Assembly: GCA_040954595.2 (NCBI GenBank)
Contig: CM082585.2
Span: forward strand, 1,068,814-1,132,813
Source of the DNA: Balanoglossus misakiensis
Taxonomy: Eukaryota; Animalia; Hemichordata
Direction of reading: 5' to 3'
DNA: 64,000 bases
Position numbers and translations under genes: made by a program
Shown: piece by piece, positions 12,309-26,050 of the stretch
How the letters are laid out: the number at the start of each line of letters is the position of its first letter
How positions within the stretch are numbered: position 1 is the stretch's first letter
Notes under the pieces: generated by a model
Seen by the model: the letters and a program-made list of their open reading frames with translations, nothing else
What the model was told of the DNA's origin: nothing
Database searches by the model: none

Positions 12309-14641
12309 CTAAACTGAATAAATATCATTCTCTCAAATGCCAGCCGCATGCGGGAGCGTGCACCAGAAACAATAAATATTTACCAAGGCGGGAATGAAAA
12401 GAAAGCAGGGCGGCGCGTAAGATAGCAGGGTGGCAAAAAATAAAGGAGGGCGGGCCTGCCCAGCTAACCCCCCCCCCCAAAGTATTAACGCTCTGTGTTT
12501 ACCATAGACTAATAGTGTCTCAAATTTTACCCTGTGTGAACCTGGTAAGAGACGTGTCTCAAATCTGAGAAGATTCAGGACCACTTAAACCATTCACCAA
12601 TAATAATTTATGCCAGTATTTGATCTGAGACGTTTTAGCAATTTCTTGTGTGACCCCCATATCAGTTGAAGCTGACAAATCCAGTATTTTGAATTTTTAC
12701 ATGGATTTTGTATACAGTGTGAATTGTAATTAAAGCTCCATTACCTTTACCTTTTTCCTATGTTTTCAGTATCTTTGTTTAGCAGTTTCTTGTGCAAATT
12801 CCCGAAACATGATGAAACATATATGTGTATGGTCAGCATTGTTATTGTGCCAAATTGGAATTTAAGTCCAGACTAGAATCCATGAATTATTGTCAACAAT
12901 GACAATGGCCATTATACACATACATTCTGTGCTGACAAGTAACAATCTGTGTGGAGTAGAACATGAAATCGCATTTGCTACATAGAACAAAAATACTGGA
13001 AATAAAGCCAAAAGATACAATGAATGTATATTTAACTTTAACTGCATTCTCATTCTCATCTGTATATATTTTACTGAGATTGTTTCATCAGGGTTTATCA
13101 GTATTCTAAACCAGCTTATGTGTGCATACAATCTGATTAAAATCAGATGTAGGGTACGGCGACGTCTTTTACTTCGCAGTACGGTATTCTTATACTGTCG
13201 CCTCACACTACATCTGACCAACTCCCATAGAAGCTCCCGTTGAAAACTCTAGTAAACCAATCAGACGGTGCCTTATAGAGAACTTTAGGTATCCTTCAGT
13301 TTTGATTGACATAACGTGCAATCTGATTGGCTTGGCCGCAACGGGACGTTGAACAAGCTTCTATATCTGATTCATATAATACTGAAAGGGTTAAGAATGG
13401 CACACACTACATGTATGAGCTCATGGAATGTGTTTCTTCCCATAGGATAACATTAAGAATTGATAGAAAACCCTTTTCTACTATTGTAATTTTAAGAAGT
13501 TTCACTTATAACTCATCCAAATGAAATTAAATTGAGTGATTCATATAAGTTGTAGGCTCACCACTGTGCTCAGTTTTGAGATAAACTTAAATGTGTCCAT
13601 GCCTATAGAAAAATAACATAGAAAGACCTATGGTGAAAAATGTTGACTTTAATTCAGGCTGCATTAGTGGAAAAATAATCATACTTTGTCTGGCATAGAA
13701 ACTCAGAATCTACAAAAAAGGCCTTTAAAACATGAATGGAAATGAAAATACTGCTACAATAAGAAATTCTTACCTTGAATAAAGTATTTATTGGTACCAC
13801 CACTTCCATAAAGAAACCACTTTGCTGGTGTAATGAGTTGTCAATCTGGGTTTGCTCATTGGCCTTGCTTTGAGTTCCAATTCATGATGATGGTGTATTA
13901 GGACACTGGACTTGAAACAGGTGTATGCTGGTATTATACACGTTGAAAGTATTGTCATTCTTTTAATTGTGGATTTTTGGATTATGCTGTGTATGTATAA
14001 TGAGAATCCGTTAAAAATTGTAGGGGTCATTGCCCTTTTTAAAAAAAATACAGAGCCATGAATTTAGTTGATAATAGAAGAAATTTGCTGTCTCAGCATT
14101 TTTCACCAATGGTTTGTCTATGGGCGAAGATTTTAACGCAATTTATCTCATAATAGAGCTTGGTGACCACATAATTTTTTTTGACCAATGAATTTACGTT
14201 TACTTGACTGAGCTATGTGTAAAATTTCGTGAAAAAGACAATAGTAGAAGTTTGTTTTCTGGCAATTATCGATGTAATCCTTTCAGGAACAGACACACAT
14301 GCACTGTTTATCAGTTTATGTTGTGCGTGTACATCCTTAAATGGTATTTGCGTCTCATGCCTTCCAAATTGTGATTCTGTTCTAGTGTTTTTGTTAAGGG
14401 CGGTACCTAGATAAAATCTACCGGAGTACCCCAGTCACTCCGAATTAAAACAACAGAACAAGGCCAATGTCACAGTGGTCAGGCAGTCTACCAGAGTTCC
14501 CCAGTCATTTTACCGGGGTTCCCCTGGGTGTATCAATGTGGTTATATTAGGAGGTTATAGGAATATTAACGGGGTTCCCAAATCCATTACCAGTGTTCCC
14601 CGACCTTTGCAAAAACACTGTGTTCTTTTTATCCTCCACAG

Positions 14642-14855
14642 GAAGAGACAAAGAAAAGCATAGCAACCTCTGCTGATACTGCCACAACAAGCACAAGCAC
14701 AAACACACCCCAGCCTGTAGCTTCTGCGAACCAACAACCCCCACCCTATCCAGCCGCAGCATACCAGCAACACTCCCAGCAGATGTCATACCCGAACCCA
14801 TTCGTGTCTCAGTACGCTGCGTTTGCAGGAGCCGGACAGCCGCCACGATATAACA
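14642..14855 (+). pseudogene. Orphan exon-like fragment encoding a Pro/Gln/Ala/Thr-rich segment with a PPPY motif, truncated by a repeat
   Basis: Acceptor ttcttttatcctccacag is followed by the open frame EETKKSIATSADTATTSTSTNTPQPVASANQQPPPYPAAAYQQHSQQMSYPNPFVSQYAAFAGAGQPPRY. Its composition differs sharply from the flanks. No clear donor. Confidence 0.5.
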
Positions 14856-16320
14856 TCAATTATATTTGTTTTCTGAAAATGACTATTGTTGACCAAAAGA
14901 TGGCTAAATGGCAATTTTGTACTGAGCGGGGTGTCTCAATAAGACCGTTGTGCTGGTATCAGCATATTTTTTGCACACACACACACAAAAAAAACGAATT
15001 TACATACATCACAAGGGCTCTGAATATAAAGGAATAAGTTTGTATTTATTTTTTCTAACAGTTACCTTTTTGAGCAAAGAGGCCAAAATGATATTTTTTT
15101 CCCTCAGTGGGGTCAGTAAGAGTGGGTTTTTTAGTACTTTTATTTATCATTTGATCACCAATGGGAAGAAAATGGCATAATTTTCGTATTTTCTAGAAAT
15201 GACACTTTTTGGGCAAAAACTTGCCAAAAAGGCACTTTTATCTTGAGTGGCATCAATAAAACTGCTTTTTTGGAAACTTTTCACATACAGTGGGCATATA
15301 ATTCATTATCAGATCTCCGAAAGTGAAGAAAATATATAAATTTTGAGTGTTTTCTGAAAATGACGTTTTGGGGGCAAAAAGTGGCAAAATGGCATTTTTT
15401 CTTGAGTAGGATCAATAAGACTGCTATTTCTGGAATCAGCACCATTTTTTACATAGGATGAACATTTCATATATCACATGATCTCTGAGCTTTATGAAGA
15501 AAAGTTTGTTTTTAAATTTTTTTCTAAAAATGGCCTTTTTGGGCAAAAACTTTCCAAAAGGGCATTTTTGCATTAGGTTGGGTCAATAAATCTGCTTTTT
15601 TTCGAATAATCACCAGATTTTACATAGGGTGGGCATATAATACATTATCAGATCTCCGAAAGTGAAGAAAATATATAAATTTTGTGTGTTTTCTGAAAAT
15701 GACGTTTTGGGGCAAAAAGTGGCAAAAATGGCATTTTTTCTTGATTAGGGTCAATAAGACTGCTATTTCTGGAATCAGCACCATTTTTTACATAGAATGG
15801 ACATTTCATATATCCAATGATCTCTGAATATGATAAACACAATTTATTTTTAGTTTTTTTGTAAAAATGACCTTTTTTGACCACAAAAAGTGGCCAAAAA
15901 TGGCATTTTTGTATTGATTGAGGTCAAAAAGACTGCTTTATTTTTTAAAGTCACCACTTTTAACATAGAATTGACTTTCCATATATCACCAGATCAATCA
16001 TTATGAAGAAAACCGTGTGTTTTATTTTTTTTCTAAAAATGACGTTTTTGGGGCAAAAATTGGTCAAAAAGGCAATTTTCTGTTGTTTTGGGTCAATCGA
16101 ACTACTTTTTTCGTAATATTCACCAAATTTTACATAGAATAAGCATATCATATGTTATCAGATCTCAGAATGTGACGAAAACAATGTGTTTTTAGTGTTT
16201 TCTAAAAAAAGACCATTTTGGGGTTAAAAATGGCCAAAATGGCAATTTTGTCTTGAGTGGGGTTAATAAGACTGACTTTTTTGGAATGAGCACCATTTTT
16301 TACATAGAATGGACTTCTCA
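14856..16320. repeat. Diverged tandem repeat, ~170-bp subunits with ~340-bp period
   Basis: agatctccgaaagtgaagaaaatatataaattttg recurs at ~15311 and ~15650. Blocks like aaaatgac..ttttgggcaaaa..ggcattttt..ggtcaataagactgct recur about every 170 bp. Confidence 0.8.
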
Positions 16321-18945
16321 AACCTTCCTTACCAAAAATTCTGATTAACGGCACCTATCTCATAGTGTAACCAGACTACAAGTGAAGAACCCCAGTAACA
16401 GACGTAACGAACAAACAAACTACATGTACTAACAACAAAGCAAGAAAAGTGTCAAGCGTCGTCAAAGAAAACGAAATAGTTCTAGCATGGTTGGTAAAAG
16501 TTATTGGTAGAAAACGAATAGGGCCTTCTACAAATGACGTCTCAGACCCGCAAACGCCACCAGAACACAAAACACATGCACAGAACAGTTTAAGCCGGTT
16601 GTTGTATGGAGCAGCAATAATCTGCGGTTGGGCCGTCGTAGATTTTCGCTGGTGGTGAAAATAAATAAAACACGATCGATGTTCGATTTATTCCAGATCA
16701 CATGCGTTTACGGCCAGAAGAGAGCATAAAAGTCTTCAAATGACCATGTGGTGGCGCACTTTTTCCGATTGGCTGTATTTCAATTTGTTCGTGGTAAATT
16801 AATTTTGTGGAGGTGACCGGCACTGAAGCTCTTAGCTAGGATGAGGTGGGATGGAAAAATGCCCCATTTGACTCATTTTAGCTGTTTTAAAATATACGAC
16901 TATTTATAGACAAAAGGAAAATAAAACAAGCGCAAAAACATACCAAACCTAGTTTTATTAATTACAAAAAAAATTGCTGAGTAAAGGTTTTCATGTGGGC
17001 ATTCACTTTGAACTTGCTAAATTAATTTAAAGAGACAAAGTCGCTCTCTCTTTGTCCTTTTGCGATGATGGAATGCTTGCTTGAAGTCTCTCGTGCAATA
17101 AATGATGTCGATTCATACATGTATGGATGGTGTATAGGTGGTCGGAATTTACATGTCTTTGCCACGTCCAAACCAAAAACACATAAAATCAAACTTTGGG
17201 TCATGAAATCGAGTTTTGTTACAGTCTAGAATTTCATGCCACCCCTTTTGGTCATATTATTCTTGGTAGGCAAAAGTGACAAGTAGTCAAGTTTCAACAC
17301 AGGCAACATTTTTACAAACAAACCACAAAGAAGACATCAAAAGGGAGAGAATTATAGAATGGTCAATGTGTGAATAGTTAAGATACGTAAAGTGGCCGGG
17401 TTCAACATAACATTAACTCATCGACTTCATATCGTCTTCATGCCATGGTTTTGCCTGCCCTGAAAGTTCTTGTCGTTGCAGAAGTGGTTTTGACAGAAAG
17501 AATTTAGTCTTCCGGGATGTTTGTGATTATTTGAACACCAGACAATACAATGCAACCTTGACTTCCAAAATACTTACCGGCATTGCATTATCTTACCATG
17601 GTTAGGCCTACAGAGAACAAATTTTCAACAATATTTTCTGAGTTACCGCTGATATTTGTTTTGTAGTATGGATATTAAATTATACATCCCGATACAAAAC
17701 AGAATGTTATAGAATCCTTCCTGAGTGATATTGAAAAAAATACCGGAATGCTATAGCCTAATCTATGGTTAGGGTTATTGCTATTATTTTATATCAGTAA
17801 TCGACTTTGTGTATATCAATGTCATTTTCATAACGAAAATGAACTCGAGTCTAATGTAAACGTTACGAATTGATCGAAAGGCGCTCTGATGAATGTTAAC
17901 ACGAGTGCGCAATGACAAGACATGCATCGTGCATGACAGTGACAACAGTTCCAATAGAGCAGTTAAAAAATAAACCGGCCGTCCGTAAATTTATCAGCTA
18001 TATTTTTTTTTATTTAGTCACGTTTTCCCTGTTGCATGCTATTAGTTCAGGGGCCAGTTTTAGCAGTGCTCTATTGAGTACTTTCGTATCGATGGATTGA
18101 TCTCTCGTCCAATCAGAATGGCGGATGGTAGCATGATCCGACATATTGCGTATTACAATAGGGCTTCCTCATACAGGTCAGAACAGAGAGGTCATTCCTT
18201 TTATTTTAGGACGTCTCAGCTCCTTTGTCTTTTCTGTTATTTTTTGACAAATGCGGATTGACGTTCCATTTCCAATTGGCGATAATTATATTTATTTGTA
18301 TTTTATTGCATAAGCGCTTGCTAGTCGTTTTTTAGCAATTTTTTTTGTAGTACAAAAACACTGAAGAAAACGAAATATTTTATTCATTCGCACTTCCAAG
18401 GAACACCGTGACATAATTCCTCAATTTGCATTTCAGTGTGTGTGTCTGGTGTGTCTGCATTGACGTGAGGCGCATTCTCCACCCGCACACATACGTTGCA
18501 TTGCATTCTTTGACTAATTAGTGTTACGTCATGTTGAAGCAGGATTCTGATTGAGTAGTAAGTAAGTTGCATAATTGACGCACAGCTGGTGCCTCGTTCT
18601 CGTACCGCTGACCATTGCATTTGAAAAATCATTGCAGCTTTGACGTTCATCAAGCATGGAGGTCCCGGTCGCCTCCATGCTTGATGATGTCGTTTCTCTG
18701 GTAAGCATGGCATTTAATGTTATTTTACAAGTACATGTACACTCCTTCTAGCAAAAACTGGTCGTGGTAGGGCGAGAGGGTCCTCCCAACATCGAAATTC
18801 TGACTTTGGGAAGCGTTACAGCACCAAACAGTAAACTCACAGTCGCATGGAATTTGTGCGTTATATTACACCGTGCGAGTAAATTGTACGTCGTTCGTTG
18901 GCTCGAGTCAGCTTTGTTATTGTGGAGCAGGTGGTACCGTAACAC

Positions 18946-19363
18946 CACAGGGGGCTCTCCCTAGGCGATTTTATTGTTTGTTTGTTGTTGTTGATTGGCA
19001 TAATAAACAAATACATATTTCTTTATTAATAAATATGGTTTGTTGACATGTAAGGGTTAGGTTATTAGGGTATATTTGACAGGTTATGGTATATTCAACG
19101 GTTAGAATTAGTGTTGGCATTTTTTCGATCCATGGCCGGCATCACCCCCCCAAACCCCCCCCCCCCCCCACCCCCTGTGGCTTAGTGATGCCCGGGGCCG
19201 TGGATCGAAAAAAAATGCCAACAGTAACCCTAACTGTTGAATATACCCTAACACTTACATGTCAACAAACCATATTTATTAATAAAGAAATATGTATTTG
19301 TTTATTATGCCAATCAACAACAACAAACAAACAATAAAATCGCGGAGGGAGGAGCCCCCTGTG
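18946..19363. mobile_element. Foldback MITE with ~190-bp arms and 7-bp target duplication (P-superfamily-like termini)
   Basis: GTAACAC|CACAGGGGGCTC...GAGCCCCCTGTG|GTAACAC, with target duplication at 18939-18945 and 19364-19370. The arms are near-perfect reverse complements around a poly-C spacer. Confidence 0.88.
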
Positions 19364-19566
19364 GTAACACACTACAGTATAACTTTTAAGGCAAAGCGAT
19401 AGCGAATAAACTGACCAGGGTTGGTTTTGTTGTTGGGGAGATTTTTGGCACCATTGAGACTGTTATAAGCTACCAGTGGGAGCTATGGTATAGCCGTTAA
19501 CACGCAGCCCTGCCACGCAGAGCTTCTATGACTGGTTACTAACTTCTATGTCTATTTGATTCACAG

Positions 19567-19641
19567 ATGCTGTCTGAAACTGTCTGCGTTTCAACTCGGG
19601 ATTCTCTTCCTTGTCCGGGGCGAGTTTAAGACCGCTCAATG
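19567..19641 (+). other. Putative internal exon A1 (75 nt) of an unannotated spliced transcript
   Basis: Branch point TACTAAC at 19537-19543, acceptor atttgattcacag, donor G|gtaagc. Confidence 0.7.
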
Positions 19642-19883
19642 GTAAGCATGACTTGCTTTATATTTGCTTTTATCGGGTGTTGCAACCGAAACAATAGGAA
19701 GAAATGTATGTCTACGAACTAATTTACATATTCCGGCTTTCAATACAATGTACCTGTTTTTTCCCCTTCGAATTCTGGCCTCGATTGCTTGTGATATGAT
19801 CGTGATGTCATGAATTAGATGGACAACTCACAAGTTCAAATCTTCACGTGGAGCATAAAATAAATGTGGATGCATTTCCTTAA

Positions 19884-20230
19884 AGGGACAAAGTCTCTCT
19901 CTCGCTGCCCTTTTTTCCATTAATTATATTTGATACAAGACACCGTTTGTTATTTTACATGTAGATATATAGTGAATGAACGTTCAGCCACACACAACTT
20001 CCGTCCCACTTGTAGACACGAGAGTAAAAATACTCGCCAAAATGAATAATCGTTCTTTACCATTTATTCATTTTGGGCGAGTTTTTACTCTCATATCATA
20101 CAAGCGGGATGGAAGTTTTGTGTGGTTGATCATTTATTCACTATATATCCAAATGTACATTGACATAAACAGTGTCTTGTATCAAACATAATTAATGGAA
20201 AAAGGACAGCGACAGAGAGACTTTGTCCCT
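19884..20230. mobile_element. Full-length MITE family K1 with demonstrable TTAA target duplication
   Basis: TTAA|AGGGACAAAG...CTTTGTCCCT|TTAA. The paralogous empty site atttccTTAAccatatagct lies at 26341-26360. Confidence 0.95.
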
Positions 20231-20568
20231 TTAACCATATAGCTAAAATTACTCCCATATCAATACACAGGGAGATACTTTAACTTTGGCTGAACGTGTG
20301 CTAGTCCAACACTATGCTTAATCAAACTGGCTAAGAGATCTGTTATTATATTAGACGCATGAAGGAAAGTAATGTTGTTTAGAGTGAAATAAAACAATAC
20401 TTTAGGCCAGAAAGAAAAATGTAAATCATGACACAAATAGGCTGGAAATTTTTTCTGACCCTATATTATACCATGTTTTGCATATTTTCACTAATTTGTA
20501 TGGCCCACATAATTCTAAAGCAAGGTTGATTGGTTACTAATTAATATTTGCATATATTTGATTCACAG

Positions 20569-20641
20569 TCTTAAACACAGCATTTCAACGTATGCCGGAG
20601 GAGGAAGAGAATACCTAGGCCTGATCCAAGACCGCTTTCCG
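20569..20641 (+). other. Putative internal exon B1 (73 nt)
   Basis: ggttactaat branch-like motif, acceptor atttgattcacag, donor CCG|gtaagc. Confidence 0.7.
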
Positions 20642-22114
20642 GTAAGCACACCTTGCTGTATACATGCTCCATAGCTTGTTTGTAAATGCTACCTTTTCCC
20701 ATCAAATAGTGAAGTCACCCTTTTAAAATTATGGTGGTTGCAAGCCACAACTGGTTATCATGAAGAGTTGGACACCACTAATAATCATTTTAATATTTTC
20801 CAATTGGTAACCTTTATGTACCACTATCCTCAACAATTTCAGTCAACAAGATTCATATTGCGCTGTATAGCAAGGCCAAACAAATATGACTGATTGATAG
20901 GGATTTTTCTGAAAATGTGACAAAATCAACAAATAAACAATAATCAGTCACCAATCATGCATTATGTGTTATTCGAGGGAACCTGAGCGGGTCCCATAAA
21001 CCTGCCAACCCATGCTAGCCATGACTTTACAAATGTTTCCGTCATACTATGCAGAAAATTCTGGCTGCCTTAAATAGGTTTTTCACTTTGCGCTAGGTGT
21101 CAAATCTCATTGCATTTTGGGCGGAAAGTCCATAACCAACTGTAGTAAGAGATAGAAGAAATGATATGTTTACTGTATTTCATGACTTCCTTCGGTCAAA
21201 CATTTCTGTCTCGGTAGTTAGCATATTAAACTTTTTTTCACTTTTGCTATTTTTTCTGTTAAAAAGTTCAAGAATGACCCATCATCATTTTAGCTTATGA
21301 ACTCCCATTTCTTTAACATGGCAAAAATCGGCCATCTTGAAATTATCGACCGTATGAGATTTTCATCACTCATTTAGGGTAGCTTAAAACGTGTTTAAAG
21401 TAGGGAGAATTGTATAGGCAAGACTTGGGCTGTAAATTTGATGAAATAGCTACATGACTATTGTTCACAAGCAGCTGACTGTACTGTAAGACTGGAAGTG
21501 TTGTGTACATATTTTACATATTCAATATTTGTAATTAGACCATGTCATGTATATCTTGGGGATTGCTCGATCACAATGTCTCTGCTGGTACAATGTCCTT
21601 TTAACATGTTCAGTAATATGGTAGTAATTGTAAGTTTGTGTGCGGCATTTGTAAATTATTTACAATTTATAAATTATTTTTTAAGTTTCTTCATTCTCAA
21701 ATTGCTTGCCTAACGTACTGCATTAACATTTAAATTTTGGTATGATTTTGAGTAGACTTTTTGTTTCAAAATTATTTTTGACACTTTTGGGTGATATGAT
21801 TTTACATGGAAAATCTGATTTCCCTGTAATTCGGTTGACAGGATTTTCATCATATCTCTAAATCATGAAGTACATGTATCAGACTTGCATCAGGCCCCCA
21901 AAATTCTAGTCGCCTTTGGCAAGTAATATTAGCCATTGATCTGGGAAAGTTACAAAAATGTGTTGTCCAAGGACGTTGAAGGTACATGTGGTTTTTACAC
22001 TTGCTGCATGTTTATAATTTGCAATGGAAATAGACACTCAGTGCCAGCCCACTATCCCGTCTCTTTATTGCTGACTTGTATGTATGTACGTATGTACGCA
22101 TTTTATCAGAATTA

Positions 22115-23450
22115 TTAGGTCCCATTTGGTATATGTATTTATACCATGGTACCTTACGGGATCAGTTGCACCTGTATGTATGGATGTTTGTATGTCCATC
22201 AACATCAAACATTTGGAAACTACTGGCATTTCACCTTGATATTTAATGTGCAGACAGGGCAGTAGATGGGAGTTTGTCTAAGTGAAGTTGTCATTGCCAA
22301 TATGCAAATTAGCTGGGAAAGTGTCAAATTCGTCAAAACTTGGGAACTCAACAACTACTGGGCAAATTGCTTTCAAAATTGATAATTGGTATGCATGTAC
22401 CTTATGGTATCCTCTCACAATTCTACATGTTGTGAGCTAATAATGTGAATTTTCTATTTTTAAGCATTTTTTTTGTCTCTTTCCACATTGTCGGTAAAAA
22501 CCTACTTTTCTGGAATTGATCAGCTGACTTGTTTGAAATGTATTATGAAGCTTCATAGGTGATCTGAGTTACCAACCATAGTTTTGTTTAAATTGTTGCC
22601 AAAAATTGCGTATTTATAATTTTGGAGCAATTTTTAGGTCCCATTTGGTTTATGTACATATATACGATTGGGACCTTATGGAATCAGTTGCATTTGTATG
22701 TATGAGTGAATGGATGAAAACCGCTGGGCATATCACTTCCATATTTAGTGTGTAGATGCAGGCGGGGCTGTAGATGGGATTTTGTTCAAATGAAATTGTC
22801 ATTGCCAAAATATTACCTGTGTAAATGTGAAATTGGTCAAAAGTCAGAAACTTGACAACCACTGGTCAGATTGGTATGTCAATGAACCCCATACAGTCCT
22901 GTATATTGTGAGCTAATATTATGAATTTTCTAATGTTTATTATTTTTTTTTGTCTTTTTCCACATTATTGGTAAAAAAAAATCTTCACTTCTGAAAGCGA
23001 TAGTCCGACTCCTTCGAAATTTAGTATGAAGCTTCCTATGGGTGGTCCGAGTTACCATATTTTTTGTTCAGATTGTTGTAAAATAGGCATATTTATAATT
23101 TTGAGCAATTTTGCCAATTAAGGTCAGAATGCTTTGCAATTTGGTAGGCAGATTCCCAGGGGTAACCCAAGGAAGATGTCATAAAAATGGTTAAAACTGC
23201 GTGCTTGTGTTATTGGGGATATTTTTTGCAATCTTTGTCAAAAACTGTTTTCTGTTAAACCGTTCAAACCCTTGTCAGATTGCTTTGAATTTTGGCAGGA
23301 ATGTTCCTTGTAGTGATTGAAGTAAGATGGTGTACAATTATAGAGATGTTTGCATATTTGTGTTTTTGCCACTTTTGAACAAATGTGTTTTTCTTTGAAA
23401 CTGCTTTTTTGATGGCTTTGAAATATGGTAGGAATATTCCTAGGGGTAAC
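22115..23450 (+). mobile_element. Cluster of Helentron-associated (HINE-like) elements, family H1; further copies at ~28935-30060, ~32400-32790 (minus), ~33195-33810 and fragments at ~36190-36660 and ~37355-37725
   Basis: 5' hairpin taggtcccat...atgggacctta followed by an (ATGT)n/(ATGG)n microsatellite and diverged internal repeats with tttgcatat/atgcaaat motifs. This is the known architecture of DINE-1/pearl-type elements. Confidence 0.72.
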
Positions 23451-23454
23451 CCAA

Positions 23455-23680
23455 TTTTTAGCTCACCTGAAAATCACGTGAGCTTATAGTTTAGCGATGT
23501 CTGTGTATGTGTGTGTCTGTCTGTATACCCGATATCTCAAGAACCGCTGAACCGATTTCAACCAAATTTAGTACACAGGTTCAGATATCATATGGCAAGA
23601 ACTGAAAAGGTTTTGGTGGGTGTGGCTTTGATATTAATGAAGTTATTAAAGTTTTAATTTTTCTATTACATGGTTGTCTA
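23455..23680 (+). mobile_element. HINE-like element 5' end, a different family from H1
   Basis: tttttagctcacctg...gtgagctta hairpin followed by a gtctgt/gtgt microsatellite and gatatctcaagaaccgctgaaccgatttcaaccaaattt. Confidence 0.7.
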
Positions 23681-26050
23681 TGAGAGCTTTCGTTAATGCT
23701 GCATATATGACCAGTGGAAACGATAGTTTGAAGAGATCGACTGTTTGAGGGCGCTGTGAAATGAGACATTCCTGGCGATATTGCCGTGGTTCTGTCCATG
23801 CTCAGACGCTGTACCCGTCGTTACGAATAACTTCCCTACGTGAATCCACAAGGAAGCTAACGTTGTTTAGTTGCTTCATAGAGCGTAAATTGTTAATCTA
23901 CAGGACCGTCAGACGAATACTCTTTTCAAATGAAGTTTGAAACCACTTACGAGTAAGTTAGTGGAGACAATATGGCGGATAGTTGGCGTGCAGCCGAATC
24001 CGCGTTATGACTATGACGTGACCCATTCATCAAGACAAACCGTAAATGATTCACGCATATTGTGGTCCTCACGCAGTCAATCTCAAAATGTCACCAGGCT
24101 TTCTATTTGTCTATTGTTCAGAGAAAAATAACATGGCGGTTGATCACACTCAACAGTAAAATCCGTTTTGTGTGTTTATAGACAGTCTGTTATCGCCAAT
24201 ACTATATAGCGATTGCTAGATGGCCTACCCAATATGTGATCGAGCGAGAATGATAACATTGAATGTCTGTTCAGATCTCATTCCGTACGTCATACGTCAA
24301 CATTTCGATTTCGATTTAATCCATTCATAAAGAATTTAGAGAAAGTCGTCTTGAATTGTGACCCCGACTATCAATTAGTTTACGATGATTTTTTGGCGAC
24401 GGAATACACGAGATGCCATTGCATAACTACGTCAGCTGGACTTCCAAGGTTACCATTTTGTGTGTATGGAATCTTATCACAGAGCCTACGTACTTTGACA
24501 ATATGCCATGCTATATCAATGACGCCCCAGAAAATTTGTCAAAAAATGAATTTGTCTTCTCATGGTGGTGCAATATATTTTAATGTCTATTTTGAGGTTG
24601 ATTTTGGTTTTTGGCTAACATGTATATAAATGTCAGCTTATAGCATAAGTTGGTGTCCGTCGGCTATGTATGTCTGTATGTGTGCCTCATACAGAATTAT
24701 GTATTTTGTGAATGGATCAGTTTCGTCTTAATGTATTGATGTATGTATGTGTATGTCCATCAACATCAAAAACTTGAAACTACTGATATTTAGTGTGTAC
24801 ATAGAAATTGTTATTGCGAAAAAATGCATACTGGTATTAACTGGAAAAATGTTCAAATAGTCAAAATTGAAAAACTTAATAACAGCGGATCAGATTAAGT
24901 TAAAAATTGGCGTGCATTGGTGTGCAAGTACTTTGGGAAGACCTCGTATGATTTTGTTCAGGTGGAGTCAGTATCTGGCGTTTCCTATTTTTTATGAATT
25001 TTTTGGGGAATTTTCTGCAGTTTTGTTAAAAAAAATTTTTCTCTGAAATTACATGTCCAATTGATTGGAAACTTGGTATGGAGGTTCATAGGGCTTACCT
25101 GAATCACATTTGTGCAAACGGTGGTGAAATTTGCAAAAATGCATTTTTGGGCAATATTTCCTGTTTTTGCCAAAAAATCCAATCCTGTGAAATGTAGGTG
25201 CAATTGTTTTGATACTTTGTATTTGGGTTTCTAGGGGTGATCTCAGTCAGATATGATCAAATTGTAATGAAATTTGCATAATTGTATTTTTTGGGAATTT
25301 CTGCAGGGTTTGGCCAAATAGTCTTCGGTAATACCACAAGTCCAATTGGTTGGAAACTTTGAATGGGAATTCATATATGTGATATCAGTCAGATTTGTCT
25401 GAATTTCCTGTTGTTTGCCAAAATGTCTTCCTTATTGAAACTTGTTAAAGAGGTTCTTAGGCATGAACAGAAATCAGATTTGTTGAAATCTGGTGAAATA
25501 TTCATACTTTTTGGTATATTTCTTGCCATTTTTGATCAAAGAGTTTTAGAATTCCATAGACTTATTATTTTTATGCAGTTCAGGATGGGGTACATGACTC
25601 ATAACCCCTTACAAAAATTGACAAGGCAACAATTCCACAAACATGTTTACATTTCACAATGGTGCAACACACAACCCTTACACCATATACACTATAAACC
25701 AAAATGGTTTAAAACTGGTTTTTCTAATCTTGTTATTCTGTCAACCAATCACAGTACTGCACGCGAGCATATTCAGTTAATATCTGGTTCCTGATTGCTT
25801 TGGAAGTTAGTTAACAATTTCATAACACATGTACATGTATGTGCAACTTTGATTAAATTCTGGTTGTCAATATTTAGGTAGTTTGTTGTAAGTTTCTTTG
25901 TTTTTGGATAGCAAATCTTTTTAACCAATTGCTCAGTTTCTTTGAAAGTTACTGTTAACAAGGAGAGTTAGTACACCCAACTTAGACTTTTACACCCAAC
26001 TTAGAGCTACTATGACTGGTTACTAACTTCTATATCTATTTGATTCACAG

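Larger units (their letters stand above)
19522..23200 (+). repeat. Copy 1 of a dispersed duplication (copy 2 at ~26005-30060)
   Basis: Collinear near-identity from ctatgactggttactaac onward, including both exons, the block gatgaaatagctacat...ccaaggacgttgaaggtaca and the downstream HINE copies. The copies differ by copy-specific insertions. Confidence 0.9.

Noticed and set aside
18105-18130. CCAAT plus YY1-like ATGGCGG as the promoter of the + strand transcript
   Set aside because: Plausible, but the motifs are short and common; not supportable without start-site data.
19780-19870. Intronic C/D-box snoRNA in the duplicated intron
   Set aside because: A GTGATGA C-box appears only in copy 2 (~26277), and no matching CTGA D-box with a terminal stem was found.
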